DNA from: Candidatus Dormiibacterota bacterium
GTDB lineage: Bacteria; Chloroflexota; Dormibacteria; Dormibacterales; Dormibacteraceae
Assembly (NCBI GenBank): GCA_035689585.1
Contig: DASSLJ010000066.1
Coordinates: forward strand, 1-32,506
DNA: 32,506 nt
Direction: 5' to 3'
Positions within the stretch are counted from its first letter, which is position 1, and every line of letters begins with the position of its first letter. The notes beneath the pieces are model-generated. The model saw only the letters and a list, made by a program, of their open reading frames with translations. It did no database searches and was not told where the DNA came from. Of this stretch, positions 14,587-22,472 are shown in pieces. The translations under genes were made by a program, and so were the position numbers.

Positions 14587-16179
14587 CTACTTCTTGATGC
14601 AGGTCCCCGACGTCTGATTCGCCGCACGCAGCATGTTGACGGTGTTGTCATCGGCGTAGGCGATGTGGGCGCAGCCCTTCTGGTCGAGATCCTCGGTGAT
14701 GAAGTCGGCAAGGTTGCGGTTGGAGGCCGGGGCGACGCAGAAGATGCCGAGGTTGCAGATGTCGCCGACATGCATTGGCGTGGTCGTGATCTGTGTGACC
14801 GCCCACGTGGCCGCGGCCGGGCCCGCGGTGAGATTGAGCGACTGCGCGGCGTAGAGGTTCCAGCTGCATGCCGGCGGGTAGGTCGTGGGGTTGCCGTTCG
14901 CCGGACCGGGGCCGGCGCATCCGCCTGGGTCCGTCTTGCCCAGCGGGTCGGTCGGCACGATCTCGGAAGATCGCAGATAGGCGACGTCCACCTCGCCTGG
15001 ATTTCCCGCGGCGATGGCCGGGAAGAAGTGCGTTCCGGTCTCCGCCTTCGCGTTCACGCGGTAAGGCGTCTTTGCGCTGCCGGGGACAAGTCCACCGCCC
15101 CCGTCCCAGCTGGCGCCCCCATCACTCGACCACACGACGTACATGTCGTACTCGCATGAGAAGTCCGACTGGACGGTTCCAGCCGTCGACTCGGCCGAGC
15201 AGGTCGCGGGGTTCGAGTTCAAGTTGTTGGCGAAACCGAAGTAAGGGTTCCCCTGCGTGTCGATCGTGAATCCGACGAACGGCGTCGAGGCGTCGTGGCC
15301 GACGCCGGCGTCGAATGCCTGCTGCGGCGTCCATGTGGCGCCGCCGTCGTCGGAGTACGAGGTCCACAGCGTGTGGAACGACTGCGTCATGGTGATGTTG
15401 CAGCCCGTCGCGTTCTGCGCGAGGTCGGCGGCGATCCACGCCACGAAGATGCGGCCTGCGTGCGGCGTCCCGGGCGGCGCGATCGCAACCCCTGCCGGCA
15501 CCGTGTTGCAGAACGTGTAGCCCTGTGCGATGAGCGTGCCCGAGACGGCTCCAGGCGTGACCGCGGGGCTGGCGAGAACCTCTTGCGGGCCACCGAACGT
15601 GGCGCCGCCATCGTGCGAGATGTTCACCCAGATCTGGCTCGGTCCGTAGAAGTCGTGGTACATGAGCACGACCTCGGCGTTGTTCGTGTTCGTCCCCGAC
15701 GGAATGGACGCCGCAACCCACGGTCGATCGACTCCGAACGGATTGCATGACGTCGACGAGCATCCGGGAACTTGCGGGCTTGCAACCTGCGCCCACGTCT
15801 GCGCGTGGTCCGTGGACTTGAAGACGTTCGTCTGCAGGATCGACGTGCCTTCCTTGATGAATAGGTTGCACAGGTACAGCGCGTTCGATTGGTCCGTGGC
15901 GAGGCAGTTGTCGCCGCTGTTCGAGTCTGCCGTCGCGACCGGTGTCCACGACGCTCCGTGGTTGGTCGACGTATACGTCAGCCCACCCGAAGGAGTCGTG
16001 TCGTAGAGCTGGCCGAGGCTGTCCGAGACGAGCGAAGGTTCGCCACCGTACGCCCCGACGTTGGAAACGTTGTAGCCGAGTGCACTCCCGGCCAGCGTGC
16101 CGGGCGAGAAGCCGATCGCCGCGACTACGACCGAAGCCACGCCGGCGAGCGCCAGCACACCACGTCGACCGTTATTCAT
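14587..16179 (-). CDS. secreted BNR/Asp-box repeat (sialidase-fold) protein, Cys-rich
   Basis: Five Asp-boxes: STNHGASW, STDHAQTW, SHDGGATF, SDDGGATW, SSDGGASW. Signal-like N-terminus MNNGRRGVLALAGVASVVVAAIG. The ATG at 16177-16179 is preceded by GGGGTGGGGA. Confidence 0.8.
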   Translation of the reverse strand: MNNGRRGVLALAGVASVVVAAIGFSPGTLAGSALGYNVSNVGAYGGEPSLVSDSLGQLYDTTPSGGLTYTSTNHGASWTPVATADSNSGDNCLATDQSNALYLCNLFIKEGTSILQTNVFKSTDHAQTWAQVASPQVPGCSSTSCNPFGVDRPWVAASIPSGTNTNNAEVVLMYHDFYGPSQIWVNISHDGGATFGGPQEVLASPAVTPGAVSGTLIAQGYTFCNTVPAGVAIAPPGTPHAGRIFVAWIAADLAQNATGCNITMTQSFHTLWTSYSDDGGATWTPQQAFDAGVGHDASTPFVGFTIDTQGNPYFGFANNLNSNPATCSAESTAGTVQSDFSCEYDMYVVWSSDGGASWDGGGGLVPGSAKTPYRVNAKAETGTHFFPAIAAGNPGEVDVAYLRSSEIVPTDPLGKTDPGGCAGPGPANGNPTTYPPACSWNLYAAQSLNLTAGPAAATWAVTQITTTPMHVGDICNLGIFCVAPASNRNLADFITEDLDQKGCAHIAYADDNTVNMLRAANQTSGTCIKK

Positions 16180-16285
16180 ATGTCCCCACCCCCGATAGAG
16201 ATCGCCGGCCTGTTCAGCCGGTGCAGCCGTCACTCAACGTATCACGGCTTTCGGCGGCGCAGCTCGACGCGGGTCAAAGGTGCGA

Positions 16286-16295
16286 TTGGCGCCAA
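16286..16295. repeat. TTGGCGCCAA palindrome (core of 16-bp CGATTGGC|GCCAAACG)
   Basis: Lies 10 nt beyond the HAD gene stop and about 105 nt upstream of the Asp-box gene start. Its flanks resemble 26873-26930. Confidence 0.45.
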
Positions 16296-16304
16296 ACGTA
16301 CGCG

Positions 16305-17000
16305 TCAGGCGCGTGTTCTGATGCCGAGCTCGTCGATGTGGCTCAGGAGATTCTCCGGATCGTCGTACACCCGATACGCGCCCGCGCTCTCGAGCTCTTC
16401 ACGGCCGTAGCCGCCGGACAGCACACCGATCCCGAGCGCGTGCGCGCGCTGCGCCGCAAGCTGGTCCCACACGCTGTCGCCGACGACAAAGCACTCGCCG
16501 ATCGGTTTGTCGAGTGCTGCAGCCGCGGCGATGAACAGGTCGGGATTGGGCTTGGCGTATTCGACCTGGTCGCGCGTGATCACGGGCACGCCTTTGGGAA
16601 CTTTCAGCAGTGCCAGCGACGTGCGAGCAGTCGATTCGCTGCTGCTGGTGGCGATCGCCCACGGCACGCCTATGCGCGTGAGCTCATCCATCAGACCCTG
16701 CGCGCCGGGCAGCGGCCGGACCTCGGAGATGCGGCGCGCGTAACCCTGCTCGTGCAGATCACGCAGACGGTCGGCCTCCGCGGCGCTCATCTCGCGGCCG
16801 GTTTCACGCACGAGCGCTCGCAGGAAGAGCCCGCCGCTCATGCCGATGCGGCGATGGATGCGCCAAACCGACAGAGGGATGCCGGCGGACTCGAGGGCTT
16901 CCTTCCACGCGAGAACGTGCTGGTAGACGCTGTCGATGAGCGTGCCGTCGAGGTCGAACAGCATCGCGGGCCGGTCGGTACGCCTGGCGGCCGCGCGCAC
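16305..17000 (-). CDS. HAD-IA family hydrolase
   Basis: Motif I MLFDLDGTLIDS, motif II AIATSS, motif III YAKPNPD, motif IV VVGDSVWD. The start is either the GTG at 17000 or the ATG at 16964. Confidence 0.85.
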   Translation of the reverse strand: MRAAARRTDRPAMLFDLDGTLIDSVYQHVLAWKEALESAGIPLSVWRIHRRIGMSGGLFLRALVRETGREMSAAEADRLRDLHEQGYARRISEVRPLPGAQGLMDELTRIGVPWAIATSSSESTARTSLALLKVPKGVPVITRDQVEYAKPNPDLFIAAAAALDKPIGECFVVGDSVWDQLAAQRAHALGIGVLSGGYGREELESAGAYRVYDDPENLLSHIDELGIRTRA

Positions 17001-17026
17001 GGTCTAACTGTAGACTCGGCCACACG

Positions 17027-18157
17027 ATGGATCCGAGCATCCGGCTCGGCCGATTGTTCGGCATCGAGGTCGGACTCAACTGGAGCCTGGTCTTCATCTT
17101 TGCGCTGGTCACCTGGACGCTGGCGACCAACATCCTGCCCATCGATGCGCCGGGCTATGCACCGCTTCTCTACTGGGTCATCGGGGCGATCGGCGCCGTC
17201 CTTTTCTATGCGTGCCTTCTCGCTCACGAGTTTTCGCACGCGCTGGTCGCGCGCAGCCACGGCGTCAAGGTGGCCGGCATCACGCTGTGGCTCTTTGGCG
17301 GCGTATCGCGACTCGACGGTGAGCCGGCGAGCGCGCGGTCCGAGGCGTTGATCGCGGGGGTCGGACCGCTCACGAGCCTGGTCGTCGCCGCGATCGCGTT
17401 CGGCATCGCCCTGTCGACGCAGGCGAACGCGCTGATCTCCGACCTTTTCAGCTATCTCACGTTCGTCAATCTCGCGCTCGGCCTGTTCAATCTCGTGCCT
17501 GCGTTTCCGCTCGACGGCGGCCGCCTGCTCAGCTCTTTTCTGTGGTGGCGCTCGGGAACACGCCAGCGCGGTGTGCACAACGCTGTGCGCATCGGACGCG
17601 TCTTCGCCTACCTGATGATCGGCGCCGGCGTCATCGGGCTCTTCTTCGGCGAAGTCGTCAACGGCATCTGGATCGCGATCCTCGGCTGGTTCCTGCTGTC
17701 TGCCGGAAGCGCGGAGGAGGCGGGCACCAACATTCGAACGCTGCTGCGCTCGGTGCCTGTCTCGGCGGCGATGACTTCACCGGTCGTGACGCTTCCCGAC
17801 TGGGTCACCGTCGACCAGTTTCTGGAGTCAATCGCTCCGAATCACAGCTTCACGACCTACCCGGTCCATGACGCGTCCGGGGCCTTGACCGGCGTTGTCC
17901 GCCTCGCCGACCTCGTCCGCCTGCCGCCGGCCGACCGCTCGAGCAAGCACCTCCACGACGTCGCTCGCCCCATTGCCGACGTGCCTGTGACGACGCCACG
18001 CGAAGACCTCTCGGCGTTGATCCAGCGAATCGGCCCCACCATCGATCAGCGCGTGCTGGTCTTTGACGGAGGCGCGCTTGTCGGGATCCTGTCGCCCGCG
18101 GACGTGGCGCGGATCTTGACCGTCAGGCAGGCGGCGGCGGGAGCGAAAGCGTCCTAG
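17027..18157 (+). CDS. site-2 (M50) metalloprotease with C-terminal CBS pair
   Basis: HEFSHALVAR (HExxH) and NLVPAFPLDGGR (NxxPxxxLDG). Multiple TM spans and a CBS-like C-terminal half. Confidence 0.9.
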   Translation: MDPSIRLGRLFGIEVGLNWSLVFIFALVTWTLATNILPIDAPGYAPLLYWVIGAIGAVLFYACLLAHEFSHALVARSHGVKVAGITLWLFGGVSRLDGEPASARSEALIAGVGPLTSLVVAAIAFGIALSTQANALISDLFSYLTFVNLALGLFNLVPAFPLDGGRLLSSFLWWRSGTRQRGVHNAVRIGRVFAYLMIGAGVIGLFFGEVVNGIWIAILGWFLLSAGSAEEAGTNIRTLLRSVPVSAAMTSPVVTLPDWVTVDQFLESIAPNHSFTTYPVHDASGALTGVVRLADLVRLPPADRSSKHLHDVARPIADVPVTTPREDLSALIQRIGPTIDQRVLVFDGGALVGILSPADVARILTVRQAAAGAKAS

Positions 18158-18163
18158 AGCCGG

Positions 18164-18457
18164 TTAATTTCGGCGGACGGCTTTCTCGATCTCGTCGCTG
18201 AGGTCGCGAAACGTTTCCGCGACGGCCATGCCGAACGAGCGCGCTGTCTCCTTTGTCTTGGTCCGGACTTCGGGATCCTTCGTCGCGGTCTCCAGGGACC
18301 TGAACACCGTGTCGGCGGCCTGCCGCAGCTGCTCGAGAGACTTGTTGATCTCTGCGGCCTGGCCGGCGTCGCCGGCGCTGCGGTAGTGCCGCTTCAGCTC
18401 ACCCGCGAGCCCCTGAACGTCCGTCTCGAAACGGTCCCACGCCTTGTTGGCACCCAC
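18164..18457 (-). CDS. hypothetical small helical protein (97 aa)
   Basis: 3' part of ORF 18164..18682. The GTG at 18455-18457 sits 2 nt after the gdh stop (18460-18462). The sequence is amphipathic (ELKRHYRSAGDAGQAAEINKSLEQLRQAADTVFRSLE...). I recognise no family. Confidence 0.5.
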   Translation of the reverse strand: MGANKAWDRFETDVQGLAGELKRHYRSAGDAGQAAEINKSLEQLRQAADTVFRSLETATKDPEVRTKTKETARSFGMAVAETFRDLSDEIEKAVRRN

Positions 18458-18459
18458 GC

Positions 18460-19737
18460 CTACATGATGACCGTACTGATGCTCCGGCGTGGCGCCGACT
18501 CCGTCTCCTTGATCGCGGCCGCGATGCGCTGCAGCGCCACCGCGTACGCGGCCAGGCGGAGCGAGATGTTGTTGTCGTGCGCCAGCGTCGTCACGGCGTC
18601 GAACGCGCGGCGCATGATCACCGCAAGCCGCGCCTCGACCTCTTCGAGCAACCACCGCTCGGAATGCAGGTCCTGCACCCACTCGAAGTAGCTCACGACG
18701 ACGCCGCCCGCGTTGGCGAGGATGTCCGGCAGCAGCTGCACGCCACGGCGCGCGAGCACCGCATCGGCCTCAGGGGTGGTCGGTCCGTTGGCGAGCTCGA
18801 CGATCCAGCGCGCGTTCACGCGCTCCGCGTTTTCCGCCGTGATCTGGCCTTCGAGCGCCGCGGGGATCAGGATGTCGACGTCTTCGTAGAGAGGTGAGTC
18901 CGCGCGCTTTCGCTCGTACTGCGTGAGGTCACAGAAGTGACCGCCGCGATCCTTGAACGCGGACAGCTCGACGACCGGCAATCCTTCTGATGCGACGAGC
19001 GATGCGGTCGAGTCCGAGGCGGCAACGATCACCGCGCCCGCGTCCTTGAGCAGCAGCGCCGCATTGGCGCCCGCGTTGCCGAACCCCTGGATGGCGACAC
19101 GCTTGCCGCGCATGTCTTCATGCGCCGCCCCCATCGCCGCTTCGAGCACGTCAAAGCCACCGCGCGCCGTCGCCTTGTCGCGACCAAGTGATCCGCCATG
19201 CTCGACAGTCTTCCCCGTGACGACCGCGGGGTCGGCCAGGCCGGACAGCCGCCCGTACTCGTCGGCGAGCCAGTCCATGATCCGCGAGTCGGTGTTGACG
19301 TCCGGCGCCGGTATGTCGACGAGCGGGCCGATGAACCGCCACACGCGCTCGGTGTAAGAGCGCGTCAGCGCTTCGAGCTCGCGGAGCGAGAGATCATGCG
19401 GGTCGACCGTGATGCCGCCCTTTCCGCCGCCCATCGGGATGTTCACGACCGCCGTCTTGATGCTCATCCACCCGGCGAGCGCCTTGACCTCGTCGAGCGA
19501 GACGTTGGGGTGATAGCGAATGCCGCCCTTGTATGGTCCGCGCGCAGAGCTGTGCTGCACGCGGTAACCGCTCAGCAGCTGACGGCGTCCGTCGTCCCTG
19601 ACGAGCGGGATCGTGACCTCGTGGACACGCTCCGGACGCTTGATGCGCTCGAGCAGTGACGGGTCGGTGATGCCGGCGGCCGACGACGCGGCGTCGACCG
19701 TCGCGCAGAACAACGCGTAGGCGCCCTCTTCGCCCAT
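18460..19737 (-). CDS. gdhA: NAD(P)-dependent glutamate dehydrogenase (425 aa)
   Basis: KGGIRYHP, catalytic-Lys region PMGGGKGG, Rossmann motif IQGFGNAGA. The ATG at 19735-19737 has GAGGAGG 6 nt upstream. The track ORF, which extends to 20010, is over-extended. Confidence 0.92.
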   Translation of the reverse strand: MGEEGAYALFCATVDAASSAAGITDPSLLERIKRPERVHEVTIPLVRDDGRRQLLSGYRVQHSSARGPYKGGIRYHPNVSLDEVKALAGWMSIKTAVVNIPMGGGKGGITVDPHDLSLRELEALTRSYTERVWRFIGPLVDIPAPDVNTDSRIMDWLADEYGRLSGLADPAVVTGKTVEHGGSLGRDKATARGGFDVLEAAMGAAHEDMRGKRVAIQGFGNAGANAALLLKDAGAVIVAASDSTASLVASEGLPVVELSAFKDRGGHFCDLTQYERKRADSPLYEDVDILIPAALEGQITAENAERVNARWIVELANGPTTPEADAVLARRGVQLLPDILANAGGVVVSYFEWVQDLHSERWLLEEVEARLAVIMRRAFDAVTTLAHDNNISLRLAAYAVALQRIAAAIKETESAPRRSISTVIM

Positions 19738-19837
19738 TGAAAGCCTCCTCTTCGCGGAAAAGACTGTGCCCACATCATGCGCCGCGGTCTGCCAGAGCGC
19801 GCGTCTTTTTGCACGCGGCCGGAACACTTCCTCTAAG

Positions 19838-19870
19838 TTTGGAGTTACTATAAATACCAGTGACTCCAAA
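19838..19870. promoter_or_regulatory. inverted-repeat operator (candidate TetR site) overlapping a TATAAAT -10-like box
   Basis: TTTGGAGTTACT-N9-AGTGACTCCAAA matches 11 of 12 bp per arm, in the only AT-rich patch of the gdh/MFS intergenic region. TATAAAT is at 19849-19855. The site is 19 nt upstream of the MFS ATG. Confidence 0.55.
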
Positions 19871-19888
19871 TATGAAGGAGGTGGCGAA

Positions 19889-21424
19889 ATGAACTCGATT
19901 GGTGCTCGGAGGTGGTGGGCCCTGGCAGCCCTGACGCTCGGAGTCCTGGCCGTCGGCCTGGACGTGACGGTGCTCAGCGTCGCGCTGCCGACGCTGGCCG
20001 TCTCGCTCAAAGCGTCGGAATCGGACCTGCAGTGGTTCTCGTCTGGCTACGCGCTCGTGCTCGCGGCCGGCATGCTGCCGGCGGGAGTCCTCGGCGACCG
20101 ATTCGGGCGCAAGCTCGTCCTCGCCGGCGCGCTGGTACTGTTCGGTGCCGGCTCGATCGCGTGCGCCTATTCGGCCAACCCGGCGCAGTTCATCGCCGGC
20201 CGCCTCGTGCTGGGAGCGGCGGGCGCCGCCGTCGTCGTGATGGCGCTGTCGGTGATGACCGTCCTGTTCAGCGAGGAGGAGCGACCGCGAGCGGTCGGCG
20301 TGTGGGCCGCGGCCAACTTCATCGCCCTCCCCATCGGTCCGATCTTCGGCGGCTGGCTGCTGACCAACTTCTGGTGGGGCTGGATCTTCCTGATGAACGT
20401 CCCGGTCGCTCTCCTGGGACTAATCGCGGTGATCGTGCTCGTGCCCGAGTCGCGCGCGCCCGAGCGCCCGGCGCTCGACCCGTTGGGGATGCTGCTCGCG
20501 AGCGGCGGTCTGGCGCTGGTGACGTACGGGCTGATCGAGCTCGGCCGTAACGGCTGGACCGACCCGCCGTCGCTTGCCGCCACCGTCGCCGGCGTGCTGG
20601 TGATCGTCGGTTTCTTCCTGTGGGAGCGGTACCTGACGGCGCGACCGGGCGGCCGGCCGCTCATCGACCTGACGCTATTCGAGGCACGCGGTTTCACGTG
20701 GGGCGTGATCCTCGCCGCCCTCGGCGGCATGGCTTTGATCGGGATGGTTTTCACTCTCCCGCAGTACTCGCAGGGCGTGCTCGGTCTCGACCCCGAAGGA
20801 TCGGGCGTCCGCCTGCTGCCGATCATCGTCGGTCTGATCATCGGCGCGGTCCCCGCCGACCGCATCGCCCGCCGCGTGGGCGGGCGCTACACGGTCGCGG
20901 TCGGTTTCGCGATCACGGCGGCCGGGTTGCTCATCGGCTCGCGCACCGCGCTCGACTCGACCACGATCTTTGTTGTCGTCTGGCAGCTCATCGTCGGTGT
21001 CGGGATGGGAGTCGGGTTCGCGACCGCGGCCTCGGCCGCGCTGAAGGAAGTGCCGAGCGGACAGAGCGGCGTCGCGTCGGCGCTGCTCCAGGCGATGCAG
21101 AAGGTGGGCGCGCCGTTCGGTTCGGCGGTGTTGGGGAGTGTGCTCGTCACGGTTTATCAGTCGCACCTCGACCTGACCGGCCTTCCCTCTGCGGTGGCGT
21201 CGACGGTGAAGCTGAGCGTTTTCGCCGGCGTGGCCGTCGCGGAGAAGCTCCACTCACCGACTCTGCTTGAATCCGTGAGGTATGCATTCGTCCAGGGCAT
21301 GGATGCAGCGCTGATGATCTCCGCCGGAATCGCGGGCGTCGCGGCCGTGCTTGCCCTGATATTCCTGCCGGGCCGGACAAGAGTCGGCGCCGCTCTCAAG
21401 CCCGCCGTCGAAAAAGTGGCATGA
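19889..21424 (+). CDS. MFS transporter, DHA2 (EmrB/QacA, 14-TMS) drug:H+ antiporter type
   Basis: LDVTVLSVALPTL and motif A GDRFGRKLV, 511 aa. ATG at 19889 preceded by GAAGGAGGTGG. Confidence 0.9.
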   Translation: MNSIGARRWWALAALTLGVLAVGLDVTVLSVALPTLAVSLKASESDLQWFSSGYALVLAAGMLPAGVLGDRFGRKLVLAGALVLFGAGSIACAYSANPAQFIAGRLVLGAAGAAVVVMALSVMTVLFSEEERPRAVGVWAAANFIALPIGPIFGGWLLTNFWWGWIFLMNVPVALLGLIAVIVLVPESRAPERPALDPLGMLLASGGLALVTYGLIELGRNGWTDPPSLAATVAGVLVIVGFFLWERYLTARPGGRPLIDLTLFEARGFTWGVILAALGGMALIGMVFTLPQYSQGVLGLDPEGSGVRLLPIIVGLIIGAVPADRIARRVGGRYTVAVGFAITAAGLLIGSRTALDSTTIFVVVWQLIVGVGMGVGFATAASAALKEVPSGQSGVASALLQAMQKVGAPFGSAVLGSVLVTVYQSHLDLTGLPSAVASTVKLSVFAGVAVAEKLHSPTLLESVRYAFVQGMDAALMISAGIAGVAAVLALIFLPGRTRVGAALKPAVEKVA

Positions 21425-22017
21425 CCGCATCCGGCTTACGCGAGCGCAAAAAGCTTCGCACCAGAGCCGCTATCCAGAAAGAGGCCATGCGCCTCTTTCT
21501 GGAGAAGGGCTTCGACGAGACCACCATCGAAGACATCGCGGAAGCGGTCGAGATCTCGCCGAGCACGTTCTTCAACTACTTCCCTTCCAAAGAGGCGGTC
21601 GTCTTTCAGGACGACCTCGACCCGCTGATCATCAAAGCGTTCGAGGCGCAACCTCACGACGTCAATCCGATCCGCCGGCTGCGCGTCGCGATGCGCACGG
21701 TCTTCTCGAACCTGACCCCGGAGCAGGAGAGCCTCATCAGGCGGCGCACGCAGCTCTTCATGTCGACCCCGGAGTTGCGGGGCGCGATGCTCAGCCAGTT
21801 CGCCGACCTCGTCGATCAGGTCGCGGAGCTGCTCGCCGAGCGCGTCGGCAAGAGCAAGAGCGACTTTGCCGTGCGCAACATGGCCGGCGCGGTTCTGGGC
21901 GTGCTGCTCGCATCGATGCTGGTGCTCATGCGCGACCCAAAGGCCGACATGATCAAAGCCGCCGACAGCGCGCTCGAGCATCTCGAGGCCGGCCTTCCGC
22001 TCGAGTGGAAGGAGTAG
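21421..22017 (+). CDS. TetR/AcrR family transcriptional regulator
   Basis: N-terminal HTH RERKKLRTRAAIQKEAMRLFLEKGFDETTIEDIAEAVEISPSTFFNYFPSKE. ATGA overlap with the MFS stop (21421-21424). Confidence 0.92.
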   Translation: MTASGLRERKKLRTRAAIQKEAMRLFLEKGFDETTIEDIAEAVEISPSTFFNYFPSKEAVVFQDDLDPLIIKAFEAQPHDVNPIRRLRVAMRTVFSNLTPEQESLIRRRTQLFMSTPELRGAMLSQFADLVDQVAELLAERVGKSKSDFAVRNMAGAVLGVLLASMLVLMRDPKADMIKAADSALEHLEAGLPLEWKE

Positions 22018-22472
22018 CTCTGGCCAGAGAATCGGCGGGTCTTCTCCTCCATCGACAGCGCGACGGCAAGCGCGAGGTGCTGCTCATCCACCCCGGCGGC
22101 CCGTTCTGGGCTAAGCGCGACCAGGGCGCGTGGTCGATTCCGAAGGGCGAGATAGAGCCGGGAGAAGAAGCCATCGACGTCGCGCGCCGCGAGTTCGAGG
22201 AGGAGTTGGGCGCCCCACCGCCGAACGGCGACATGTCGTCGCTCGGGTCGATACGTCAGGCGGGCGGCAAGGTGGTCCATGCGTGGGCGGCCGCCGGCGA
22301 CTTCGACGTAGCGAAGCTGAGGAGCGTCAATTTCTCGATGGAGTGGCCGCCGCGCTCGGGCCGGATGCAGGAGTTTCCCGAGGTCGATCGCGCAGGTTGG
22401 TTCGCGCTCGAGGACGCCCGACGGATGATCCTTTCGTCGCAGCTTCCGTTGCTCGAGCGCCTCGAGGCCTAA
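22005..22472 (+). CDS. NUDIX hydrolase
   Basis: Nudix box GEIEPGEEAIDVARREFEEELG, and LLIHPGGPFW. The GTG start at 22005 overlaps the TetR gene end by 13 nt. Start is moderately uncertain. Confidence 0.85.
   Translation: MEGVALARESAGLLLHRQRDGKREVLLIHPGGPFWAKRDQGAWSIPKGEIEPGEEAIDVARREFEEELGAPPPNGDMSSLGSIRQAGGKVVHAWAAAGDFDVAKLRSVNFSMEWPPRSGRMQEFPEVDRAGWFALEDARRMILSSQLPLLERLEA

Noticed and set aside
14131-17578. Long alternative ORFs 14131..15159 (+), 15122..15949 (-), 15942..17351 (+) and 16838..17578 (-)
   Set aside because: All overlap genes with strong domain evidence (HtpX, Asp-box protein, HAD, M50). All translate to Arg/Pro/Asp-rich low-complexity sequence.
19872-19892. Six-codon uORF ATG AAG GAG GTG GCG AAA TGA (MKEVAK) overlapping the MFS start as ATGA; a possible leader-peptide attenuator
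   Set aside because: The uORF has no RBS of its own. Its body is simply the AAGGAGGTG Shine-Dalgarno sequence of the MFS gene, so it is most likely coincidental. It would need ribosome profiling to revive.
18460-20010. 5' over-extended track ORFs (gdh to 20010; also 4917..5897, 7839..8855, 13376..14206, 19766..21424, 25246..25848, 25596..26837, 27..1874)
   Set aside because: In each case the recognisable domain starts at an internal ATG/GTG, often with a good RBS. The upstream extension overlaps a neighbouring gene or intergenic DNA and has non-coding-like composition. Coordinates were trimmed accordingly.
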